Below, in pieces: positions 13,658-25,427 of a stretch of DNA of 64,000 nucleotides. The stretch is from Octopus vulgaris (Eukaryota): assembly GCA_951406725.2 (NCBI GenBank), contig OX597839.1, positions 11,594,001 to 11,658,000 on the forward strand, read 5' to 3'. Made by a program: the position numbers and the translations under genes. Numbering within the stretch: position 1 is the stretch's first letter; each line of letters starts with the position of its first letter. The notes beneath the pieces are model-generated. The model was not told the origin of the DNA and did no database searches. It saw only the letters and a program-made list of their open reading frames with translations.

Positions 13658-14638
13658 GGGCGCAGGCGTGGCTGTGTGGTACGAAGCTTGCTTCTCAATT
13701 ACATGGTTCCGGGTTCAGTCCTACTGTGTGGCACCTTGGGCAAGTGTCTTCCTCTTTTAGCCTCGAGCCCATCAAAGCCTTTGTGAGTGGATTTGGTAGA
13801 CGGAAACTGAAATGTAGATATTTGTGTGTTTGTGTCTCTGTTTGCCCCACTACCACCACCATCGCTTCACAACTGATGCTGGTGTGTTTATGTCCGCTTA
13901 ACGTAGCGGTTCGACAAAACTGGCCGATAGAATAAGTTCAAGGCTTGCAAACAATATGTTCTGTGGTCGATTTGTTCGACTAAAAACCCTTGGATCTTTT
14001 CGGTTTGAACGGCAGTTTTTTCTAGCGGTGTCATATGAAATTGTCACCCATAATTATGACTCTAGTATCGATCTATTGCATTTCAATCTCTTTTAGGGTT
14101 AGGGGTGAGGGAAGGGTATCTTATTTTCTTCACAAATATAAATAAACCCAATCTGTTTCTTAAACGAGGGACATATTCATATGGCACAGAATGTTTTTTA
14201 CCTCAATAGGCGTCATTGATTGGTTGAAATTGCAAAAATTGAAGAAAAAACAACAAATATCTTACAAACCATAGAATTTTCTCAATAAAAGCCAAGAGAA
14301 AAAGATGTTTTATAAACACATTCTACCAGTATACGAAGTTTAAAAGTGTTTAGTTACGTGGAAATTATTTTAAAAAATTGCCGGTCAAACCGAAAAGATC
14401 CCAAATGTATATCTTTGTGTGTTTGTGTCTCTGTTTGCCCCACTACCACCACCATCGCTTCACAACTGATGCTGGTGTGTTTATGTCCGCTTAACGTAGC
14501 GGTTCGACAAAGCTGACCGATAGAATAAGTTCCAGGCTTGCAAAGAGTACGTTCTGTGGTCGATTTGTTCGACTAAAACCCTTTAAGTTGGTGCTACAGC
14601 ATGGCCGCAATCAAATAACTGAAACAAGTAAAAGAATG
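13658..14638 (+). mobile_element. SINE family A copy containing a MITE and an internal duplication
   Basis: Head at 13658, tail near 14630, MITE at 13992-14401. Confidence 0.8.
13992..14401 (+). mobile_element. Second copy of the ~410-bp MITE
   Basis: GGATCTTTTCGGTTTGAACGGCAG ... TTGCCGGTCAAACCGAAAAGATCC. The interior aligns to 9958-10365. Confidence 0.88.
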
Positions 14639-15258
14639 ATATATGTATACCATTGCTGCTTCAGTCTGTCCAACGAATAATCGTTCGCCACCGTCGCCCT
14701 CGGGAGGTTTTTCACAACTGTCCTCTGTTAGGGCGGGGGCTTGTTCTGGAAAAGAAGAAAAGCAAGCAAGCGAAACCCCTAAAAAGAAAATGGCCCTTTA
14801 AATCTACAAGTGATCCCTAAAAGCTACAGTAAATGCGTTTTTATTTACTTAATTATTTGTTTATTTCAATTTCAAGCAACATAACTATTCGCCATTATGA
14901 TGATGTTCAAGTGTATTTTACACGCGTCAATCCAGCTGATTAAAACATCCCTTGAGTGCGTGCGAGTCTCGGGTTATTCGGGCTGTTTGTCCCCCTCCTT
15001 CTCCTGTCTTCTAAACCCCATCAAAAGAGACACAGCCTGCGCCAAATAAGAATACGCAGGTCGTTGGGTTTAATTCTAAATTAGAAACGTGGATAATGGT
15101 AAAACCATTCCTGATTCGTTGTTCTTGCTTTCCCTAGCAGCAGCAGCAGCAACATGAAAGAGCTAAAAGTGAATTTCAATCCCATCTTTGCCCTAATTCT
15201 TCAAAAATATATATCACCAGCAACTGTTTGTGTGTGTGTGTGTTGTGTTGTTATTATT

Positions 15259-15812
15259 AAGGCGGCGAGCTGGCAGAAACGTTAGCACCCTGGGCGAAGT
15301 GCGTAGCTGTATTCCGTCTGCCGTTACGTTCTAAGTTCAAATTCCGCCGAGGTCGATTTTGCCTTTCATCCTTTCGAGGTCGATGAATTAAGTACCAGTT
15401 ACGCACTGGGGTCGATATAATCGACTTAATCCGTTTGTCTGTCCTTGTTTGTCCCCTCTATGTTTAGCCCCTAGTGGGCAATAAAGAAATAAGTATTTCG
15501 TCTGCCGCTACATTCTGAGTTCGAATTCCGCCGTGGTTGACTTTGCCTTTGATCCTTTCGGGGTCGATGTAATCGACTTAATCCGTTTGTTTGTCCTTGT
15601 TTGTCTTCTCTGTGTTTAGCCCCTTGTGGGTAGTAAAGAAATAGGTATTTCGTCTGCTTCTACGTCCTGAGTTCAAATTCTGCCGAAGTCGACTTTGCCT
15701 TTCGGGATCGATTAAATAAGTACCAGTTTGAGTACTGGGGTTGATATATTCGACTTAGCACCCTAACGCGAAATTGCTGGCCTTGTACCAAAATTTGAAA
15801 CCATTATTATTA
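15259..15812 (+). mobile_element. SINE family B trimer (one head plus three bodies, the last with an alternative tail)
   Basis: Junctions at 15486-15499 and 15638-15651. Confidence 0.85.
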
Positions 15813-16111
15813 GTAGTAGTAGTTCTAGTTGTTGTCGTTGAGCACCCCAGTAAGGTCAGGAGAGATTATCTTCAAAGATGTTTTTGCTGTAACCAACCCG
15901 AGAGTACAGACGTCAAGGTGCTCTCTCCCGCTCATGTCCCCGACCGACCCCGTTACACCCCTGATAATCTGACGTTGATTTCAAATCACCACGGAAATAA
16001 AGTGAAGTTTGTGTATGCGGGAGAAACAGAAAGAGGTGCTCTGAAATCGCTCCACTTGTATTTTGTCCAGGCATGGTTTTTATCGAGAACTACTTTGCAG
16101 TTTAAAAATAA

Positions 16112-16977
16112 AGGCGCGGGCGTGGCTGTGTGGTAAGAAGTTTCCTTCCCAAACGCATGGATTTCGGTTCAGATCCACTGATTGACACTTTTGGCGAGTG
16201 TCTTCTGCTGTAGTCTCGGGCCGACCAAAGATCTTGGATCCGAGAGACGGAAACTGAGAGAAGCTCGGCATCCGTCCGTCCATCCACCCATGTATGGATG
16301 TGTGTTGGTCCTCCATTACCGCTTGACTACTGGTGTTGGTTTGTTTATATAGCCGTAACTTAGCGGTTCGGTAAACGAGACCGACAGAAAAAGTATCGAA
16401 GTTTTTTTCTTTACATAAATACTAGACTGTTTTTGCTCGACAAAAACCCATCAAGGCGGAAAAAAATAAAAAGAATAACCAAAACCGAAGTAACTACAAT
16501 CAGTACGTATGCTTAGTGGCAGTATGACCCTCCCAAACAACAGCACTCTCGGCTTCAACACGCGGTTTCAGATCAACATTTTCGCAAAACGAATTCGAAA
16601 ATGCTATATATATATACTCTTTTACATGTTTCAGTCATTGGCCTGCGGCCATGCTAGAGCACTGCCTTTAGTCGAGCAAATCGACACCGGGACTTATTCT
16701 TTGTAAGCCCAGTACTTATTCTATCGGTCTCTTTTGCCGACGCAAACACACCAGCATCGGTTGTCAAGCAATGCTAGGGGGACAAACACAGACACACACA
16801 CACACATATATATATATACACGACGGGCTTCTTTCAGTTTCCGCCTACCAAATATACTCACAAGGTCGGCCCGAGACTATAGTAGAAGACACTTGCCCAA
16901 GATGCCACGCAGTGGGACTGAACCCGGAACCATGTGGTTGGTAAGCAAGCTACTTACCACACAGCCACTCCTGCGCC

Positions 16978-17012
<35 letters not shown>

Positions 17013-17568
17013 AATACAAGAGGTATTATATGTACATGCACAATATCAGTGTATAACCAAGCTTGGTTAGATATTGCTTCGTTGCATTTCTGGCGGTGAG
17101 TGTAACGAGGGCGTGTCTGTAACTCAGTATGAAACAAATATCTCCAGGGACTTTGCGTTGGTAAGGCGCTGGAATGTTCAGTTGTTTTCACGCTGGTTTT
17201 CGTGTATGGGTGTGCGCGTGTGTAATGCGCAGGCGTGGCTGTGCGGGTAAGACGTTTGCCACCCAAACACTTGGTTCCGGTTTCAGTCCTAGTGCGCGGC
17301 TCCATGAACGTGTACCTTCTACTATAGCCCTAAGCCTCGTCGGTAGATATGGCAGACAGAAAGAAGCCCGTCATATATGCACACACACACACATACACAT
17401 GTATATGTGTGCATGTGGCTGTGTGGCAAGTAGCTTGCTTCCCAACCACATGGTTCCGGGTTCAGTCCCACTGCATGGTACCTTGGGCAAGTGTCTTCTA
17501 CTATAGCCTCGGGCCGACCAAAGCCTTGCGAGTGGGCTTCGTAGGCGGAAACTGGAAGAAGCCCGTTG

Positions 17569-17605
<37 letters not shown>

Positions 17606-18160
17606 CCCCTCCCAATATCACTTGACAACCGATGCTGGTGTGTTTACGTCCCCGTAAGATAGCGGTTCGGTAAAAAAGACAAGTCCTAGGGTCGATTAGC
17701 TCGACTAAAGGCGGTGCTCCAGCATATATATGTATATATATATATATGTTTATATATATATATGTTTATATATATGTATATATATATGTATGTATACGTA
17801 TGTGTGTGTGTATATATATATATATATTTGTATATATATATATATTTGTATATACATGTGTGTATGTATATATATATGTGTGTGTTCATATATAGTGTTT
17901 GTGTGTGTGTACACACACAACACATGTGTTTGTATCTATTTATGTGTATATTTGTGTGCTGTGCTTGTATTTACTTCCACCACGCTCGACAACCGATGTT
18001 GGTGTGTTTATGTCCCCTTACTCTCTAATGGTTCAGCAAGACAAGATCGATAGAATAAGTAGCCTGCTTGAAAATATAAATGTTATTAGGGTCGATATGT
18101 TCGCCTAAGATTTTGAAGGCGGTGCTCCAGCATGGCCATGATCCAATGACTGAAACTGAT
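16112..18160. mobile_element. Cluster of family A SINEs: 16112-16480 (+), 16615-16979 (-), 17228-17725 (+), 3' part to about 18160
   Basis: Each segment aligns to the family A sequence. Confidence 0.8.
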
Positions 18161-18461
18161 GACTGATACGATAGATAGATAACTGACATCTAATGGTGAT
18201 AGCTATCGATCTTTAGTGTAGTCGGCATGAGGGCGCTTTTTGTCATTTGGGTTGCTATTTCTAGCAAGTCGAGTAAGGCTTTTTCCTTCATCGTTGTGTG
18301 TCTGTGTGTTCGCTTCGAACCGGCGGCAACTTCAAGCCTTTTTACTTCTCTCTCTCCCTCTTAACTTCGACCGACTAAGCATTTTCAATTAGTCCACTTT
18401 TGGCTGACTGCTGTCCCCTACTGAGCGTATGTATAGATTTACGTACGAGTGTATGTGTGTG

Positions 18462-18497
<36 letters not shown>

Positions 18498-18847
18498 TAT
18501 ATATATATGGGTCTATTAGGTTGGGGTGGGGTTGCAAACATCTGTTTCTTAAGCTAATAATCGGTTGCAAGGCTTTCACCCCTGTAAATTGTATAATAAA
18601 TCCAACCTACTTCAATCGTGTCTCTCTTTCTCTTTCGCTATCTTTCTTTCACACACACACGTCACATCCACCTACGTGGGGCCCCTTTCCACACCACCAT
18701 TACCGCTTTCTACCACCATTCCTATTGCCACCACTATCATCAACGAATCAGCGAGAGAACCATTATGTCAGTTCGTGGGCAAGCCGCGGCCCTAGGAACT
18801 TTCTGAATGGCGCGCCTAACGAAAAATTACCTTTTTTTTTTTGTCTT

Positions 18848-19309
18848 CGTTTTACTTCTACGTGCAAGGAGGGAGCCTAAAACCACAGTATCCAACATAG
18901 AATGTGTGAGATTTGACTTCTATTTCTAGCAAACCTAGCGACTATGTGATGCAAGCATGAGCAACCTTCCTCAAGGAGCGGGGCCGCATGAGACATGGCT
19001 TATCGTCAGATGGGCCGCGTGACACGTAGATTATGTCTCATGCGGCCCCGCTCCTTGAGGAAGGTTGCTCATGCTTGCATCACATAGTCGCTAGGTTCGC
19101 TAGAAATAGAAGTCAAATCACGATGATCTACGTCTCACGCGGCCCATCTGACGATAAGCCATGTCTCATGCGGCCCCGCTCCTTGAGGAAGGTTGCTCAT
19201 GCTTGCATCACATAGTCGCTAGGTTCGCTAGAAATAGAAGTCAACTCTCACACATTCTATGTTGGATACTGTGGTTTTAGGCTCCCTCCCTGCACGTAGA
19301 AGTAAAACG
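18848..19309. repeat. Inverted repeat with ~184-bp arms whose spacer is a third, partial copy
   Basis: 18848-19031 is the inverse of 19126-19309, and 19033-19119 directly repeats 19161-19247. Confidence 0.93.
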
Positions 19310-19894
19310 GCGGAACGGTAACGCGAGGAATGCCTTTAATCATAATGAGCCCTTTTCGACCAGTGATGGCCTTGGGCTAAACAACATCATTTGGTACGCT
19401 GGTTGTTTCTTCTCGCTGATCCGGATCTGTGAACAGGTAAAATAAACTCCGAAAGTGAAATTGAATCTGGCTTCATAGTTTAATGTACTTAAAAAGCCCA
19501 GCAACGTCAACAAACTTGCTTCGTTTAGAGAATGCCACGCCCGAGGTGGCGGGAAGTGGTGCTAGAGGAAAAGGGACTCCACCACCACCACCACCATCAT
19601 AATCCTTTCTATTATAGGCACAAGGACTGCAATTTTAAGGGGAGGGGGGCTGGTTAATTATATCGGGTTCGGTGCTCTACTAAATAGTACAAGTTCCATC
19701 GACTCCGAACGATGAAAGAAAGACAAATATGATCTCGACCGAATTTCATCTCAGAACGGAAGAAAAAACCGCTGAGTATTTTGTCTGACGGGTTAACGAT
19801 TCTGTTAGCTGGCCGCCTTCATAATAATAATAATAATAATATTTATTTATTAACTTTTTAAATACACATTTTACCTGTGAATTTGCGTGTGTAA

Positions 19895-20189
19895 TCTGGG
19901 AACTTATTTTTTGTAAGCCTAATAGTTATTCTATCGTTTACCGTTGTCGAACCGGGGACGTAAACACACCGACATCGGTTGTCAAGCGATGGTGAGAGGA
20001 CGCACGCACATATATACAACGGGCTTCTTTCAGTTTCCGCCTACCAAATCCACTCACAACGCTTTGGCCGATCCGAGGCTATAGTAGAAGAAACTTGCCC
20101 AATTGGTACCGAACCCGGAACCATGTAGATGGGAAGCAAGCTTCTTACGACACTACCACGCCTGCGTCTATGTGTGCATGAATAAGTCC

Positions 20190-20224
<35 letters not shown>

Positions 20225-20975
20225 GAAAGAGAGAGACGTAGGTGTGTAGTTAAGAAGTTTGCTTCTCAACCATGTGGTTTGTGGTTCGTCCCACTGTGAC
20301 ATCTTGGTGAAGTATCTTTTTTACTAAAGCCTTACGAGTGTGTATGTATTTGTTCCCACCACCACCACCACCGTTTGACAACCGATGTTGGTGTGTTGCG
20401 TCCCTGTAACTTAGCGGTTCGGCAAAAGACACCGATCGAATAAATATCAGGATTAAAAAATTAAAAAAAACACTGGGGTTGATTCTTTCGACTAAAATTC
20501 TCCAAGGTGGTGCCCCAGTATGGCCGCAGTCTAATGACTGGATTAAAAGACTACACACAGACATGAGTGGCTGTGTGGTAAGTAGCTTGCTAACGAACCA
20601 CATGGTTCCGGGTTCAGTCCCACTGCGTGGCATCTTGGGTAAGTGTCTTCTACTATAGCTTTGGCCCGACCAAAGCCTTGTGAGTGGATTTGGTAGACTG
20701 AAACTAAAAAAGAAGCCCGTCGTATATATGTATATGTATATATATATGTGTGTGTGTTTATGTGTCTGTGTTTATCCCCCCCCCCACATCGCTTGACAAC
20801 CGATGCTGGTGTGTTTACGTCCCCGTAACTTAGCGGTTCGGCAAAAGAGACCGATAGAATAAGTACTGGCCTTACATAAGAATAAGTCCTGCAGTCGATT
20901 TGCTCGACTGAAAGGTGGTGCTCCAGCATGGCCACAGTCAAATGACTGAAACAAGTAAAAGAGTAAAGAGTAAGA
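19895..20975. mobile_element. Cluster of family A SINEs: 19895-20170 (-), 20238-20545 (+), 20563-20975 (+)
   Basis: Each segment aligns to the family A sequence. Confidence 0.8.
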
Positions 20976-20988
20976 GAATATATACATA

Positions 20989-21029
<41 letters not shown>

Positions 21030-21224
21030 CCTTCCTCTCCCTCGCTCCACTCCTCTTCCTACGATACTTTTTTTTGTATATATTCGAAATACCTAAATTG
21101 AATATCACCTCTACTTTCACTTCACACACTAACACCTATACCTCCACGTTTCTCTCGTTACACTAGCTCTACTACTAGCACCCGTGCCTCTACATCTACC
21201 TTGTACATTGTCTTTAACCGTTAG

Positions 21225-21256
<32 letters not shown>

Positions 21257-21330
21257 ATTAATTAAGGGTAGAAATTGATATTAGGTGGTCTAGCATATTA
21301 AAAAGAATCCGAAGTTTAAAATATTTTTAC

Positions 21331-21545
21331 ATACAAATTAAGGACTGAACACGAAAAGTGGACAGTCAACATGCTAGATATAGACGTCAAATCGCCATTC
21401 TCCACAAAGAGTATGTTCTCAAATAAAACTCAGCACAAAACTGTGTGCTGAGTTTTATTTGAGAACATACTCTTTGTGGAGAATGGCGATTTGACGTCTA
21501 TATCTAGCATGTTGACTGTCCACTTTTCGTGTTCAGTCCTTAATT

Positions 21546-21550
<5 letters not shown>
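21331..21550. repeat. Perfect inverted repeat, 107-bp arms, 6-nt loop
   Basis: 21331-21437 is the exact reverse complement of 21444-21550. Confidence 0.95.
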
Positions 21551-21592
<42 letters not shown>

Positions 21593-21978
21593 TATATCTT
21601 ACATGGACCTCCATACACTAACACAAATAACGTTATGCACCTTTCTGAGTTCGCCACAGACACTCTTTGCCTTCATTTACGTACAATAATACCAGCGCCT
21701 ATACTATTTACGTGTGTTTGTGTGTTCGCCGTGGTTTAAGCCAGCCACATTTTACTATAGAAATGTAGAGGAAGAATGAGGAGAAATGCTGTTGTTAGAT
21801 GAGAGACGGTGGAGTATGGTGCCAGGGGTGGGTTGTATAAGAAGGTGTTCCGTAAAGTGAGCTCCGTCGTTTATATATTAAAGAGCCATAGATTGTCTGA
21901 TAGAGAGAGGAGGAGGTATGTATATATATATGTGTGTGTGCTCGCATGTATCTGTGTGTGTGTGGTTCAGTCAGCTGA

Positions 21979-21999
<21 letters not shown>

Positions 22000-22014
<15 letters not shown>

Positions 22015-24100
22015 AGGAGGAGGAGGAGAAGAAAAGGGGAGATCGTCAGCTCGATTGACAGAGGAGAGGGAGGGAGGGGCCGTCAGTGCGCAAAAGTGAG
22101 GAGAAGGAGGAGGTGAAAGCGGATGAAGGACAGAGGAGAGGGGGTGGAAGAGAGAAGTGTAGCAGTTTGTATGCGATGGCTGCTGGCAGGCAGAGGTAGT
22201 AAAACTATATAGAGAGAGAGGGAGGGAGTATATATGTGTGTGTGTGTGTGTATGCGCCGTAACCAGAGGGAGGGAGGGAGGGTGTGAGTGCCGTAACGTT
22301 AAAGAGGGAGGAATATATGTTCGTGTGTGTGTGTGTGCATGCGCGCGCGGCGCCGTAACGATAGAGGAAATAGAAGGATGGTATTTGTGTGTGTGTGTGT
22401 GTGTGCCGTAACGATAGAGAGGGAGTGGGAGGATGGCGTTCATGTATGTATGTCTGTATATGTACGTATATCTGTCTGTCTGTATGTGAGAGTGTGTGTG
22501 TGTGTGTGCCGTAACGATAGTGGAAGTGGGAGGATAGTGTTCGTGTACGTCTGTGTGTGTGTGTTTGTGCCGTAGCGATAAAGAGAGAGAGAAAGAAAGA
22601 ATGAGCGAGAGTACGAGTAGTGGCAGTGTGAGGTTGTCGGCAGTGCTCTCTGTCTCTCTCTACTCCTCCTACTACTACTGCTGTTGTCGTTAAAGATATT
22701 GATGATGATGATGATGATGATATAGTTGGCCAGTCAGGCTGGCACAGTTGCTAGCAGGTCGCCTGCTTCTTCTTCTCCTCCTCAACATTTCTTGCCAGTT
22801 TTTCCTCCCTCCCTCCCGTCTTCACACACACCCGCTACACACTACACTTACGCGCCACCCCCTTACACACTCACTACACTACACAACACACATAACATAG
22901 ACAGAGGGGGAAGAAGAAAAAAACACCTCTCCTATCAACTACTACCTTCTTTAACTCTATCTCTCTTCCTCTCTCTCTCTCACTCTCCCCTTAACTGCCA
23001 ACTACAAGTTACTGCTGCAACGAACGGGGGCAGACAGGAGAAAAAAAAAAAAGACATCGACGGATATATTATATATACATACTTTATCTGTGTGTGTATA
23101 TAATATAAAAATATATCTGTAATATATCTTATATATCTGCATGTATATATTATAGATACGTACCTCAAGTCATTCAATTATCTCTGTACAGCGATTGCTT
23201 TTTGAAAACCTATATCTACCTCCTTCCTGCGTGTATATATTTATATATACGTATCTTATATATATGTACGTATAAAACACGGCGGCGATTTTTTTCTTCT
23301 CTTTCGGTTCGTTTTTCTCCTCTGTTTAACATCGCTCTCCCCTCTCTCGGTTGTTTGCGATGTGCGATCGACTCTTCTACCGTTTCTCCGTATTGCGATC
23401 ATCATCATCGTCAGCATCATCGCCATCACCAACAGCATCTTGGTCGTCGTGATCGTCGGGTCCCCCCCGGAGAAATAATGCTACAAGATCACGTCCACCA
23501 CCACCACAACCACCACCACCACCAGGACAGTTCTTCGGAGAACTACTGGCAATACTTGGTGTTTACCTATCTCTTCCGTGGCAGCCCTTCGGATTTTTCC
23601 TTCGGTACACATACACACACACACACCACTTCTTGACTGGAGGCCAGTGGAGAAAAATCGTTCTTCGGATGTAAGATATTTATGTAAAAAAAAAAAGAAA
23701 AACACACACACACGCTAACAACAACGTTCTCAGTCACAACAACACCACAATTCGCTTTTAATTCCAGTATTACCATTATTATTACTACTGTTGTTGTGGT
23801 GAATATTTTTATTATTGTTATCTAATTCCTCTACCTCGACCACGAGATCTGCATTCTGGAATTCCTGGAAGATTTTCTTATATATAAATATATATATATT
23901 TCTGTCGATTTGGATTTACCAACGGGAGATACTGTACTCACGATACGTAATCACTCTGAAGAAGGGAAAAAAAAAGGCTTCGGCAAAACATACACACACG
24001 CATATATACACACATATCTACATGTTTATATATTCACACGTACATAACAATCTAAGCATGTATACATGTATGTAATATCTTTTTTTTTTAGATTGAATTC
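22000..24100 (+). promoter_or_regulatory. Putative promoter and 5' exon of a gene whose coding exons were not identified
   Basis: CpG-rich and free of SINEs, with a GA-rich to CT-rich transition near 22.65-22.75 kb, initiator-like CAGT motifs near 22730-22750 and a possible donor GAT|GTAAGA at 23671. Inference only. Confidence 0.3.
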
Positions 24101-25023
24101 ACATATAGATATATAATTCTTTCAATCCATTTTACACATTTCTTACAAGGATATATATATATATATCTATATATATTATATATATATACACGCAGACACA
24201 CACACATAGGCTGCCAAAATGTTGGAAAGCCACTACATGTATTTGCTGTTGGCCTGCAGTAACCATTCATGGCCAGTTTAACATACATACACATTAACAA
24301 CAAACACATTTGGCTATATAGGTGTATATGATATATACCTATATACATACGTACAGAAATACGCGCATGTATATATCTAATTATAGCAATAATAATAATT
24401 ATTATTATTATTATCATCATCATTGATGTTATTATAACAATAATAATCATCATTACTTTAATTTGTGTGGCCTTTTTCCTTCCAACGACGACGACGTTAC
24501 AAAAGTTTCTTACCGGATTTAATTAAGTTTTTCTGATTAATTAACAAGAAAATTAATAATAATACTTCATCAACCTACAAATACTTTTTTTCCTTTGGAA
24601 ATCTTTGGATGCCAGTCGCCCCTTTGCCGACTGCACTCTTTTTTCTTTACCGACATCATCACAAGCTCCCTTGTAATTAAACCTACAAAACCATTACTAT
24701 TATTATTATTACTACTACAACCACCGGCGTTGCCCTTGGTCGTGTTGGTAATATTTCTTAACAGGATCGATCCTTGTTGCCGTTTTCATTTCACTTCTTA
24801 CGTGGATTATTACTATTATTATTATCATTATTTGTTGTTGTGATTATTATTTATTATTACCATCACCATCATCATCGCCAATTGCTACAACTCTTACTAC
24901 AGAACGTGGATTATTTACCGTTACACTAACTGGGAATTTATTTGATACAGGTTCGATTCTTACTTACCTCTCTTGTAACCTCTTTCTCTCTACAGTAACG
25001 TCTACTATTATTATTATTTTATA

Positions 25024-25059
<36 letters not shown>

Positions 25060-25393
25060 TCTGTCGAGGTCGGCGTTGCCATTGATCCCTTCGAGGTCGA
25101 TGAAATAAGTACCAGTTACGCACTGGGGTTGATGTAATTGACTGGTCCCTACCAAAATTTCAGGCTTTGATTTTATTACTATTGAATGTCTGTTTGTCGT
25201 ATTTATTGTTTTATTGCTGTTACTCTAAACCACACGTCATATATACACACCACCATATATACACTGACACACACGCACTATATATACATACATACATACA
25301 TACACATACATGTATACATATATTTATATCGGTGCCACAGCCTCAGGACTGAAACACATAACAGAATAACACAGACGTACACATTCATTCGCA

Positions 25394-25427
<34 letters not shown>

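Noticed and set aside
19148-19200. CTGACGA in the 19 kb palindrome as a hammerhead core
   Set aside because: No stem II followed by GAAA, and no closing stem I or III could be drawn.
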